Shown here: one piece after another, positions 20,976 through 29,016 of the stretch
How the letters are laid out: the number at the start of each line of letters is the position of its first letter
Position numbering within the stretch: the stretch's first letter is position 1
Source: an uncultured Chloroflexia bacterium
GTDB taxonomy: Bacteria; Chloroflexota; Limnocylindria; Limnocylindrales; CSP1-4
Reading direction: 5' to 3'
Assembly: GCA_963759135.1 (NCBI GenBank)
Contig: CAVWXU010000010.1
Location: forward strand, 32,260-96,259
Length of the DNA stretch: 64,000 nt
The notes under the pieces: generated by a model
Seen by the model: the letters and a program-made list of their open reading frames with translations, nothing else
Told to the model about the DNA's origin: nothing
The model's database searches: none
Position numbers and translations under genes: made by a program

Positions 20976-21527
20976 TCAGGCGCCTCCCGCCGCCTCCCGG
21001 GCGTAGCGGACCGCCGCGAGCCGGTCGGCGTAGCCGCGGCGCACCTCGTTGAGCTCTTCGAGCGTGAATCCGAGCTCGTCCGCGATCTCATGGATCTCGG
21101 CGTTCTGCGCCGCGCTGATCGCGCGGTCGCCAGGAGTGGCGACGGCGAAGAGGCAGTGCAGCAGGCGCGCCCGTTCGTCGGGCGTGGAGACCTCGCGGAA
21201 CCGGCGGGTGACCAGGTAGTCCTCGGTCGCCCCGAGGAGCCGCGACTCGCTGCGCGCGATCTCCGCGACCACCACGGCCAGCGCCTCGGGCACCCCACCG
21301 AAGTCGGCGACGAGCGCCTCGAGCTCGTGGACTTCGGCCGGGTCCACCTCGCGGTCCGCCGCGACGACCCTGGCCAGGATGTACGCGAACCCTGCCAGGT
21401 GGGCGGCCCGCTCGGGCGGGAGCGACTCGAGCTGCGCGACGATGCGCCGAACGGCCTCGGTATCCTCGTCCGCCGGCGCCTCCGGTCGTGGTGCGAGGGC
21501 GGGGTGCACGAAGCGGCCGAAGAGCAT
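20976..21527 (-). CDS. TerB-like (tellurite-resistance TerB family) protein
   Basis: 183 aa, helical, with LAGFAYILARVVAADREVDPAE and a repeated second half (LLHCLFAVATPGDRAISAAQNAEIHEIADELGF). Confidence 0.65.
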   Translation of the reverse strand: MLFGRFVHPALAPRPEAPADEDTEAVRRIVAQLESLPPERAAHLAGFAYILARVVAADREVDPAEVHELEALVADFGGVPEALAVVVAEIARSESRLLGATEDYLVTRRFREVSTPDERARLLHCLFAVATPGDRAISAAQNAEIHEIADELGFTLEELNEVRRGYADRLAAVRYAREAAGGA

Positions 21528-21696
21528 GGAACGTGGCCTCCGTGGTGCGGCCGGTCGGGCGGGAGACCCGTCCGGCGAGTTGCTCGGGCGTTCAGGCGCA
21601 GGAACTGCGGATCCATCCTCCCACGATCCGGCGCGAAGGGCGCGATCACGGCCGCAGGTAGCGGGCGCGCGCGCTCAGGCGCGCGGCCCCGGCGCG

Positions 21697-21743
21697 ATAG
21701 CCTGCGAGCCGGCCCGGCGCCCATAGCCTGCGAGCCGCCCCGG
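21697..21743. repeat. two 21-nt direct repeats ATAGCCTGCGAGCCG(G/C)CCCGG, 26-bp period
   Basis: Copies at 21697-21717 and 21723-21743 differ at one base. They lie about 170-215 bp upstream of the TerB-like gene start. Confidence 0.6.
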
Positions 21744-21772
21744 CCCTGACCTCGACGGAGGCGGTTGCCCGG

Positions 21773-22885
21773 TCAGGGTTCCACGGGCTCGACCACGGCC
21801 TCCAGCGGCTCCGGTTCGATCGCGAGCCGCCGAACCCCCGCGCCCGTGTCGGCGCCGAACAGGCGGACCCGTCGGGCGCACCAGAACCCGACGGCGACCG
21901 GGAGCCAGACGTTGAGGACCCGGTATGCCAGCGTCACCAGGATCGCCGCCGTGGGCGTCATGCCGAGCTGGACGAAGACGAGCGCCATCGCGCCCTCAAC
22001 CGCCCCGATCCCGTCCGGCACGACGGTGATGACGAAGAACACGATGCTCATCCCGAAGCCCGCGAGGAGAGCCGCCGGGTCCAGGCGCTGGCCGAAGGTG
22101 ACGAACAGGGCGGCAAGGCCCACGAGGTTCGCCACGTGGAGCAGCAGGCTGTACCCGGACGCGATCGCGATGTCGCGCGGGTGACGCGGGACGGACGTGA
22201 CGGCGGCGACGAGCTGGTGGGTGGTCTGTCGAGCCCAATCGTCGGCGAGGAGCGCCGGGCGCCCGACCATGCGCGCGCCGCGGTTGACGACCGCGCGGCA
22301 CGTACCGAGGAGCCTCTCGAGCACCGCCGGCCGCAGAACGGCCAGCGCGAGGATGATCAGCAGGGCCGCGATGAACGCCACGAACAGGGCCGTGCCCGCC
22401 AGCGCGAACGCGACGAGCCGCGCGCTCAGGACGAGGGCCAGGGCGCCCGCGGCGACGAACGGCAGCGCCATCACCAGGTCCACGATCAGCACGACGACGA
22501 GCCCCACCGCCGTTCGCGCACCGGACTGGCCCCTGGCTGCGGCGTCGTCGATGAAGACCGCGGCGGCCGGAGCAGCCGTGAGCGGCAGGACCGTCTTCAC
22601 GAAGATCGACGCCAGCAGGACGGGGACCAGGTGCAGGGACCTGCTCGTCACCCCGACGGCGCGGAACGCGTACCGATAGAGCCCTCCGTACAGGAGGAAG
22701 AACAGCACCTGCGTCGCGAGCGCCACCGAGGCCCAGCGCCAGTCCGCCTTCGTCAGGTCCAGATCGAGCGCGCTGGCCGACAGGAACTGGCCCAGCACGA
22801 ACACCAGGAGGGCCGCCCCGAGCGGGACGAGCAGCCACCGCCCCCAGGCGTAGCGCCGTCTCGCTGGGCCGTATGAGGGCGTCAT
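21773..22885 (-). CDS. flippase-like membrane protein (lysylphosphatidylglycerol-synthase TM region, UPF0104 family)
   Basis: The real protein starts at MTPSYGPARRRYAWGRWLLVPLG (22885). It has about 8 TM helices. The track's N-terminal 235 aa are low-complexity junk. Confidence 0.75.
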   Translation of the reverse strand: MTPSYGPARRRYAWGRWLLVPLGAALLVFVLGQFLSASALDLDLTKADWRWASVALATQVLFFLLYGGLYRYAFRAVGVTSRSLHLVPVLLASIFVKTVLPLTAAPAAAVFIDDAAARGQSGARTAVGLVVVLIVDLVMALPFVAAGALALVLSARLVAFALAGTALFVAFIAALLIILALAVLRPAVLERLLGTCRAVVNRGARMVGRPALLADDWARQTTHQLVAAVTSVPRHPRDIAIASGYSLLLHVANLVGLAALFVTFGQRLDPAALLAGFGMSIVFFVITVVPDGIGAVEGAMALVFVQLGMTPTAAILVTLAYRVLNVWLPVAVGFWCARRVRLFGADTGAGVRRLAIEPEPLEAVVEPVEP

Positions 22886-22934
22886 GTCTCCCGGATGATC
22901 CCCCAACACGGCCCGGCGTGTACGCTGGGCCGCG

Positions 22935-25568
22935 ATGCTGCCCGCCGACGCACCCGCACCCCCGCCCGCACCAGGCCCACTCGCACCCGCACCCCCGCCC
23001 GCATCAGCCCCACTGTCGCCGCCGGCAGGCACGGCGGACGGCCAGGAACCTCCCGCGACGCTGGGTCTGACCTCCGCAGAGGCGGCCGAGCGCCTCCGCT
23101 CCGACGGTCCCAATGCGATCGGCGGAGGAGGACGGCGCACACGCCTCGCGATCCTCGTCGCCCAGGTCGCGAGCCCGCTCGTCCTCATCCTCGTCGGCGC
23201 GAGCCTGGTGAGCCTGGTCGTCGGCGACAAGGTCAACGCCTCGATCATCCTCGCAATCGTGGTCATGAGCGCCGTCCTCGGGTTCGTCCAGGAGGCACGT
23301 TCGGAGGCGGCAGTCGCGGCCCTGCAGGCGCGGCTCACGCTGCGTGCGACCGTCGTCCGCGACGGCCAGCAGTTGGAGATCCCCATCCACGATGTCGTAC
23401 GGGGCGACCTCGTGCACCTGGGAGCGGGAGACATCGTGCCGGCCGACGGCCGGATCATCGACTCCAACCACCTGTACGTCGACGAGGCGTCGCTCACCGG
23501 CGAGTCCGCGCCGGCCACCAAGGAGCCGCGCGCCGGCGATCTCGATCCCGCTCGCGACGACGACCGCGACGGCCTGGTCTTCTTCGGCACCAGCGTCGTC
23601 AGCGGGACCGGTCACGCCGTGATCACGGCGACCGGGACGCGCACGAGCTACGGCGAGATCGCGCACCGGCTTGCCGAGCGCGCGCCCGAGAACGACTTCC
23701 AGCGCGGCGTCCGTACCTTCGGCGCCCTGATCTTCCGCGTCACGGCGATTCTCGTGATCGCCGTGCTCGTCATCAACGTGGCGCTCCACCGCTCGGTCCT
23801 CGACTCCCTGCTCTTCGCCATCGCGCTCGCGGTGGGCCTCACGCCCGAGCTGCTGCCCGCGATCGTCACGCTCAACCTCACGCAGGGCGCGCACGCCCTC
23901 GCCTCCCGCGGCGTGCTCGTCAAGCGCCTCCCCGCGATCCAGAACCTGGGCAGCGTCACGGTCCTGGCCACCGACAAGACGGGGACGCTGACCCAGGGGC
24001 ACCTGGAGTACGTGCGCGCGGTGGGGATCGACGGCGAGGATGCGGACGAGGCGGCCCGGACGCTCGAGTTCGCGTATCTCAACAGCCACTTCCAGAGCGC
24101 CTTCGCGAACCCCCTCGACGCCGCCATTCTCTCGGGTACCGCGGCGCCCGCCGACCTCGCCACGTACCGCAAGCTCGCCGAGCTTCCCTACGACTTCTCG
24201 CGCCGCCTCCTGAGCGTGGTCGTGCAGGGCGCGTCCGATGCGCCGCTCCTCGTGACCAAGGGGGCGCCCGAATCCGTGATCGCGAGGGCGAGCCACGTCC
24301 GGGAGGACCATGCCGTGCGGCCCATCGAGGCGGCCGAGCACGAGCGGCTGGCTCGCCTGGTCGACACGGCGTCCGCCGATGGTTTCCGGCTGGTGGCCGT
24401 GGGATCGCGAGCCCTGGCGGCCGAGGAGCTGCGGCCGGTGACGGCGGGAGGGGCGGCGGCCAGCCTCGACGACGCGAGCCGTCTCGAGCACGACCTCGTC
24501 TTCGAGGGCGTGATCCTGTTCAGCGACCCGCCCAAGCCGGGGGTCGGCGACACGATCGCCGAGCTCGCTCGCCAGGGCGTGGCGCTCAAGGTGGTCACCG
24601 GCGACAACGAGCTCGTCGCGCTTCATGTCGCCGGTCAGGTCGGCCTGGCGGTCGAGGGCGTGCTGACGGGCGAGGAGCTGCGCGCGCTCACGCACCCCGC
24701 GCTGGTGGCGCGAGCGAAGCGCACGACGATCTTCGCCCGGGTGGACCCGGACCAGAAGCTCCAGGTCATCCGGGCGTTGCACGACGGCGGCGCCGTAGTG
24801 GGATACCTCGGCGACGGCATCAACGACGCCCCCGCCCTGCATACGGCCGACGTCGGGATCAGCGTCGACAATGCGACCGACGTCGCCCGCTCGGCGGCCG
24901 ACATCATCCTGCTCGAGCCGAGCCTCGCCGCGATCAGCCAGGGGGTCATCGAGGGTCGGCGCACGTTCGCCAACACGCTCAAGTACATCCGCATGGGCAC
25001 GAGCTCGAACTTCGGCAACATGCTCAGCATGACGGGTGCCGCGCTCCTGTTGCCCTTCCTCCCCATGACGCCCGGGCAGATCCTCCTGAACAACCTGATC
25101 TACGACGCTTCGCAGACGGCCATCCCGACCGACACGATCGATCCCGACGTGGGTCTGGTCCCCGCCCAGTGGGACGTCCACGCGATCCAGCGGTTCATGC
25201 TGATCTTCGGGCCGATCTCATCGATCTTCGACTACGTGACGTTCGGGCTGCTGCTGACGGTGTTGGGGGTCAACGAGCGGGCGTTTCACACGGGCTGGTT
25301 CATCGAGTCGCTGTTCACGCAGGTGCTGGTCGTCCTGGTCATCCGTACCCGTCGAAGCCCGTTCTGGCGCAGTCGCCCGAGCCCGCAACTGCTCGCCGCG
25401 ATCGTGGCGGCTCTCGCCGCGGCGGTCATCGTCCCGCTCAGTCCGGTCGGGAGCGCGCTGGGCTTCAGCCCTCTGCCGCCGGTCTACTGGGTCCTGCTGG
25501 CCGTGGTCGTGGCCGCCTACCTTGCGCTCGTGGAGCTGGCCAAGCGGCGGTTCGAGCCGCGCGCCTGA
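22935..25568 (+). CDS. mgtA: magnesium-translocating P-type ATPase
   Basis: 877 aa with DKTGTLT, TGDN, GDGINDAP and an MgtA/B-type topology. The first 44 residues are a polyproline-rich extension with no alternative in-frame start. Confidence 0.9.
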   Translation: MLPADAPAPPPAPGPLAPAPPPASAPLSPPAGTADGQEPPATLGLTSAEAAERLRSDGPNAIGGGGRRTRLAILVAQVASPLVLILVGASLVSLVVGDKVNASIILAIVVMSAVLGFVQEARSEAAVAALQARLTLRATVVRDGQQLEIPIHDVVRGDLVHLGAGDIVPADGRIIDSNHLYVDEASLTGESAPATKEPRAGDLDPARDDDRDGLVFFGTSVVSGTGHAVITATGTRTSYGEIAHRLAERAPENDFQRGVRTFGALIFRVTAILVIAVLVINVALHRSVLDSLLFAIALAVGLTPELLPAIVTLNLTQGAHALASRGVLVKRLPAIQNLGSVTVLATDKTGTLTQGHLEYVRAVGIDGEDADEAARTLEFAYLNSHFQSAFANPLDAAILSGTAAPADLATYRKLAELPYDFSRRLLSVVVQGASDAPLLVTKGAPESVIARASHVREDHAVRPIEAAEHERLARLVDTASADGFRLVAVGSRALAAEELRPVTAGGAAASLDDASRLEHDLVFEGVILFSDPPKPGVGDTIAELARQGVALKVVTGDNELVALHVAGQVGLAVEGVLTGEELRALTHPALVARAKRTTIFARVDPDQKLQVIRALHDGGAVVGYLGDGINDAPALHTADVGISVDNATDVARSAADIILLEPSLAAISQGVIEGRRTFANTLKYIRMGTSSNFGNMLSMTGAALLLPFLPMTPGQILLNNLIYDASQTAIPTDTIDPDVGLVPAQWDVHAIQRFMLIFGPISSIFDYVTFGLLLTVLGVNERAFHTGWFIESLFTQVLVVLVIRTRRSPFWRSRPSPQLLAAIVAALAAAVIVPLSPVGSALGFSPLPPVYWVLLAVVVAAYLALVELAKRRFEPRA
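22950..23015 (+). repeat. 33-bp tandem duplication (2 copies, 3 mismatches) inside the mgtA 5' end
   Basis: Copies at 22950-22982 and 22983-23015 encode APAPPPAPGPL and APAPPPASAPL. Confidence 0.85.
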
Positions 25569-25785
25569 CTGCGCCCGCCTGCGCGAGCAGCGAGCACGCC
25601 GGGCGCTCGTGCAGCCTCGGCCGTCGGGCCTCCCTCGCCGATGCCCGTGCGGGCGAGGTTCGGGCGGGACATTCGTCCCAGCGGGACATTCGGCAATTGT
25701 CCCTCCGCCCGTTCCGGCTACGCTGTTGGCCTGAGCCGCCGCATTCGGCCCGGGCCCGCGCGAGAGGAAAGGACGACAGCCACCC

Positions 25786-26532
25786 ATGCGCCTCCTCAGC
25801 CGGCGGGGCTTCCTGGCCCTCGCGGGCCAGGCGCTGCTCGCGCTCGGCGTCGCGCCCGTCGTGCGCGCCGCGTCGGTGCAGCCGCTCTTCCACGGGTCGC
25901 GCACAGAACGCGTCATCGCGCTCACCATCGATGACGACTGGTCGCCCGCGCGGGTTGGCAGGATCTTCGACACGCTGGTCCATGACGCCGTTCCCGCCAC
26001 CTTCTTCCCCTACGCCAACGCCACGCTCTCGGACCCCGGCTTGTGGCGGGCCATCACCTCGGCCGGCTATCCCTACGCCAACCACACCCGGACGCACCCC
26101 TGGATGACCGAGCTGACCGCGGCGGCGCAGGCGGCCGAGATCACGCAGGCCCGCGCCATCCTGGAGGCCATGACGGGCGTGGCCATGCTGCCGGTCTTCC
26201 GCCCACCGTACGGCGCGTACGACGCCGGGCTCCTCGCGGTGGCGCAGGCGAAGGGCTTCCCGACCGTCCTCATGTGGGACACCAGCGATGCGGACACGTC
26301 GCTGCGGGCGACCCCGGCACAGCTGGTGAACGCGGCGATGCGGGGCATGAACGGCTCCGTGCTCCTGACGCACGGAGGTCCGGCCCTCACCCCAGTGATC
26401 CTCCCGACCATCATCGCGCAGTACCGGGACCTGGGCTTCCGTTTCGTCACCGTGCCCGAACTGCTGGGCTGGACGGTGGCTCGTCCGTCGGCCCCTGCCG
26501 CGATCGCCCCCGTCGACCGGCGAGCGCAGTAG
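25786..26532 (+). CDS. polysaccharide deacetylase (NodB homology) with Tat-like signal
   Basis: MRLLSRRGFLALAG... then ALTIDDDWS, NHTRTHP, FRPPYGAY. Confidence 0.85.
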   Translation: MRLLSRRGFLALAGQALLALGVAPVVRAASVQPLFHGSRTERVIALTIDDDWSPARVGRIFDTLVHDAVPATFFPYANATLSDPGLWRAITSAGYPYANHTRTHPWMTELTAAAQAAEITQARAILEAMTGVAMLPVFRPPYGAYDAGLLAVAQAKGFPTVLMWDTSDADTSLRATPAQLVNAAMRGMNGSVLLTHGGPALTPVILPTIIAQYRDLGFRFVTVPELLGWTVARPSAPAAIAPVDRRAQ

Positions 26533-26587
26533 GGGCGCCCGGCGCGGCGCGACCCGGGTGGTGACTGGCTGATCTCGACTCTGCCGG

Positions 26588-26650
26588 ACGCCCATGTTCA
26601 CAACCGGCACGCCCATGTTCGCAAGCGGCACGCCCATGTGCTTGACATCC
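26588..26650 (+). repeat. three tandem 21-bp direct repeats ACGCCCATGTTCNCAANCGGC
   Basis: Copies at 26588-26608, 26609-26629 and 26630-26650. The third is degenerate and runs into a TTGACA box. Confidence 0.8.
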
Positions 26651-26669
26651 GGTGTACTTTCTATGGAAT
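26642..26669 (+). promoter_or_regulatory. putative sigma-70-type promoter for the MarR/ABC operon
   Basis: TTGACA (26642-26647), 16-nt spacer, TGGAAT (26664-26669), in the only AT-rich stretch before the MarR start at 26710. Confidence 0.4.
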
Positions 26670-26709
26670 GCGAAAGCTCAAGTTGTAGTTACAGAGGTCA
26701 GGCACTGCC

Positions 26710-27285
26710 ATGGAGACCGCATTGCGGGTCGAGGCGCGCGACGACGCGACGTCCGAACGCCGCGCGACCATCAGCGACGACCTTCTCGACGAGCTGACTG
26801 CGTGGTCGCCGAGCGACCGGGTCGGCATGCTCCGCGGCTGGCACCGTGGGGCCTTCAGCCTGATCCAGCTGAACGTGGTGGCCGTGCTCGAGGCGGAGGG
26901 GCCGCTGCCGATGGGACGCCTGGCGGACGAACTGGACGTCTCGGTCGCCAGCGCGACGGGCATCGTGGATCGCATGGAGCATCGCGGGCTGATCGAGCGC
27001 CGACACGCTACCGACGACCGCCGCGTTGTGGTGGTCCACCTGACAGACAAGAGCGCGGGCATCTTCCGCGACATGGCGGCCCTTCGGCGAGAGCACCTCG
27101 TCCGCATGTTCGGAGAGCTCACCGAGGACGAGCTGGCAGGCCTGCTCAACGGCATCCGCGCGATCCGGGCGGCCCGGCAACGTGTCGGTGTGGCGCACGA
27201 GCAGGGTCCCAACCCGGTGTCGAGCGCCGAAGCGGCACCCGGCGCACACGGAGGCGCGAACAGTGGAGAGCAGGGACGCCGACCG
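26710..27285 (+). CDS. MarR-family transcriptional regulator, with no stop codon before the downstream ABC gene
   Basis: Winged HTH LADELDVSVASATGIVDRMEHRGLIERRHATDDRRVVVVHLTDKS. The frame reads straight into ATG 27286. Confidence 0.75.
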
Positions 27286-29016
27286 ATGACCAGACTCCTG
27301 ACCAGGTTCCTTCGGCCATACTCGCGCCCGCTCCTCCTGGTGGTCGCGCTGCTGACCGTCCAGGCGATCGCCAACCTGTACCTGCCCAACCTCTATGCCG
27401 ACATCATCGACAACGGCGTGGTGGTGGGCAACACGAACTACATCATGCACGAGGGCGAGCTGATGCTCGCGATCACGCTCCTGCTGGTCGTGTGCTCGGT
27501 GGTCGCCATCTACTTCGCCGCGCGGACGGCGATGGCCTTCGGGCGAGACGTCCGCGGGGCCGTGTTCCGCAAGGTGCTGGCGTTCTCGCAGGTGGAGACC
27601 AACATCTTCGGCACGCCGTCGCTGATCACCCGCAACACCAACGATGTGCAGCAGGTGCAGATGGTGATCGTGATGGCGCTGACCGTCATGATCCTGGCCC
27701 CCATCATGGCCGTCGGCGGCGTGATCATGGCCCTCCACGAGGACGTGCCGCTCTCGAGCGTCCTGATCATCATCGTGCCGCTGATGGCCCTGATCCTGGG
27801 CGGCCTCGTGTCGCGGGCGCTGCCACTCTTCCGGGCGATGCAGGTCAAGATTGACCGCATCAACCGGGTCATGCGCGAGTACCTCGAGGGAGTGCGCGTG
27901 ATCCGCGCCTTCGTGCGGACCGAGCACGAGGAGCAGCGCTTCGAGGACGCCAACGCCGACCTCACCATGACCGCGGTGCGCGTCCAGCGGCTCTTCGCCC
28001 TGATGATCCCCTCGCTCTTCCTGATCATGAACCTCTCGACCGTGGCCATCATGTGGTTCGGCGGCCTGCGCATCAACAGCGGCGCGATGCCGATCGGCAA
28101 CCTGATGGCCTTCCTCCAGTACGTCATGCAGATCCTCTTCTCGGTCATGATGGCCACGGTGATGTTCGTGCTGGTGCCCCGCGCGGCCGCCTCGGCCGAA
28201 CGGATCAACCAGGTGCTCGACGCGGATATCAGCCTCCACGATCCGCTCGAGCCCGCCCCCGTGACGAGCGCGCTCGGGTTCGTCGAGTTCCGCAACGTCG
28301 AGTTCCGCTACCCGGGTGCGGAGGACGCGGTCCTGTGCGACATCTCATTCGTCGCCCGGCCCGGCACCACCACCGCCCTCGTGGGCAGCACGGGAAGCGG
28401 CAAGTCCACCCTGATCAACCTCCTGCCGCGCTTCTACGACGCGTCCTCGGGCAGCGTCCTGATCGACGGGGTGGATGTCCGGGACATCCGCATGGAGGAC
28501 CTGTGGCGCCTCATGGGTCTGGTGCCGCAGCACGCGTTCCTGTTCGGTGGGACCGTGGCGAGCAACCTGCGCTATGGCAATGAAGACGCCAGTGACGAGG
28601 ACTTGTGGCGCGCGCTCACCGTCGCGCAGGCGCGCGACTTCGTGGCCGAGATGCCGGGCGAGCTCGAGGCCCCCATCGACCAGGGCGGCACGAACGTGTC
28701 GGGCGGCCAGCGCCAGCGCCTGGCCATCGCCCGGGCCATCGTCAAGCGCCCCCGGATCTACATCTTCGACGACACGTTTTCGGCGCTGGACTTCAGGACC
28801 GACCTGAACCTTCGTATGGCACTCCAGCCCGAGACCCGCTCGGCGACCGTCTTCATCGTGTCGCAGCGGGTGGGCACGATCATGCACGCCGACCAGATCA
28901 TCGTGCTCGACCAGGGCGCGATCGCCGGCATCGGCACCCATCAGGAACTCATGGAGACCTGTGAGACGTATCGCGAGATCGTGTACTCGCAGCTGACCCG
29001 GGAGGAAGTGGCGTGA
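27286..29016 (+). CDS. ABC exporter, fused permease/ATPase (heterodimer subunit 1)
   Basis: Own RBS GGAGAG upstream of ATG 27286. Six-TM domain, then GSTGSGKST, VSGGQRQRLAIARA and IYIFDD. Confidence 0.9.
   Translation: MTRLLTRFLRPYSRPLLLVVALLTVQAIANLYLPNLYADIIDNGVVVGNTNYIMHEGELMLAITLLLVVCSVVAIYFAARTAMAFGRDVRGAVFRKVLAFSQVETNIFGTPSLITRNTNDVQQVQMVIVMALTVMILAPIMAVGGVIMALHEDVPLSSVLIIIVPLMALILGGLVSRALPLFRAMQVKIDRINRVMREYLEGVRVIRAFVRTEHEEQRFEDANADLTMTAVRVQRLFALMIPSLFLIMNLSTVAIMWFGGLRINSGAMPIGNLMAFLQYVMQILFSVMMATVMFVLVPRAAASAERINQVLDADISLHDPLEPAPVTSALGFVEFRNVEFRYPGAEDAVLCDISFVARPGTTTALVGSTGSGKSTLINLLPRFYDASSGSVLIDGVDVRDIRMEDLWRLMGLVPQHAFLFGGTVASNLRYGNEDASDEDLWRALTVAQARDFVAEMPGELEAPIDQGGTNVSGGQRQRLAIARAIVKRPRIYIFDDTFSALDFRTDLNLRMALQPETRSATVFIVSQRVGTIMHADQIIVLDQGAIAGIGTHQELMETCETYREIVYSQLTREEVA

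Noticed and set aside
22886-22934. Mg2+ riboswitch (M-box) or leader peptide upstream of mgtA
   Set aside because: The divergent intergenic region is only 49 bp, too short for an M-box. The Pro-rich element is inside the mgtA ORF and is reported as a finding.
22895-26107. 1070-aa plus-strand ORF and 725-aa minus-strand ORF overlapping mgtA
   Set aside because: Both are low-complexity Arg/Pro/Gly-rich translations. The mgtA frame (22935-25568) carries all the P-type ATPase motifs.
26588-26650. Possible CRISPR-like repeat array
   Set aside because: There are only three contiguous 21-bp units with no spacers, and no cas genes in the window. I treat it as promoter-associated direct repeats instead.
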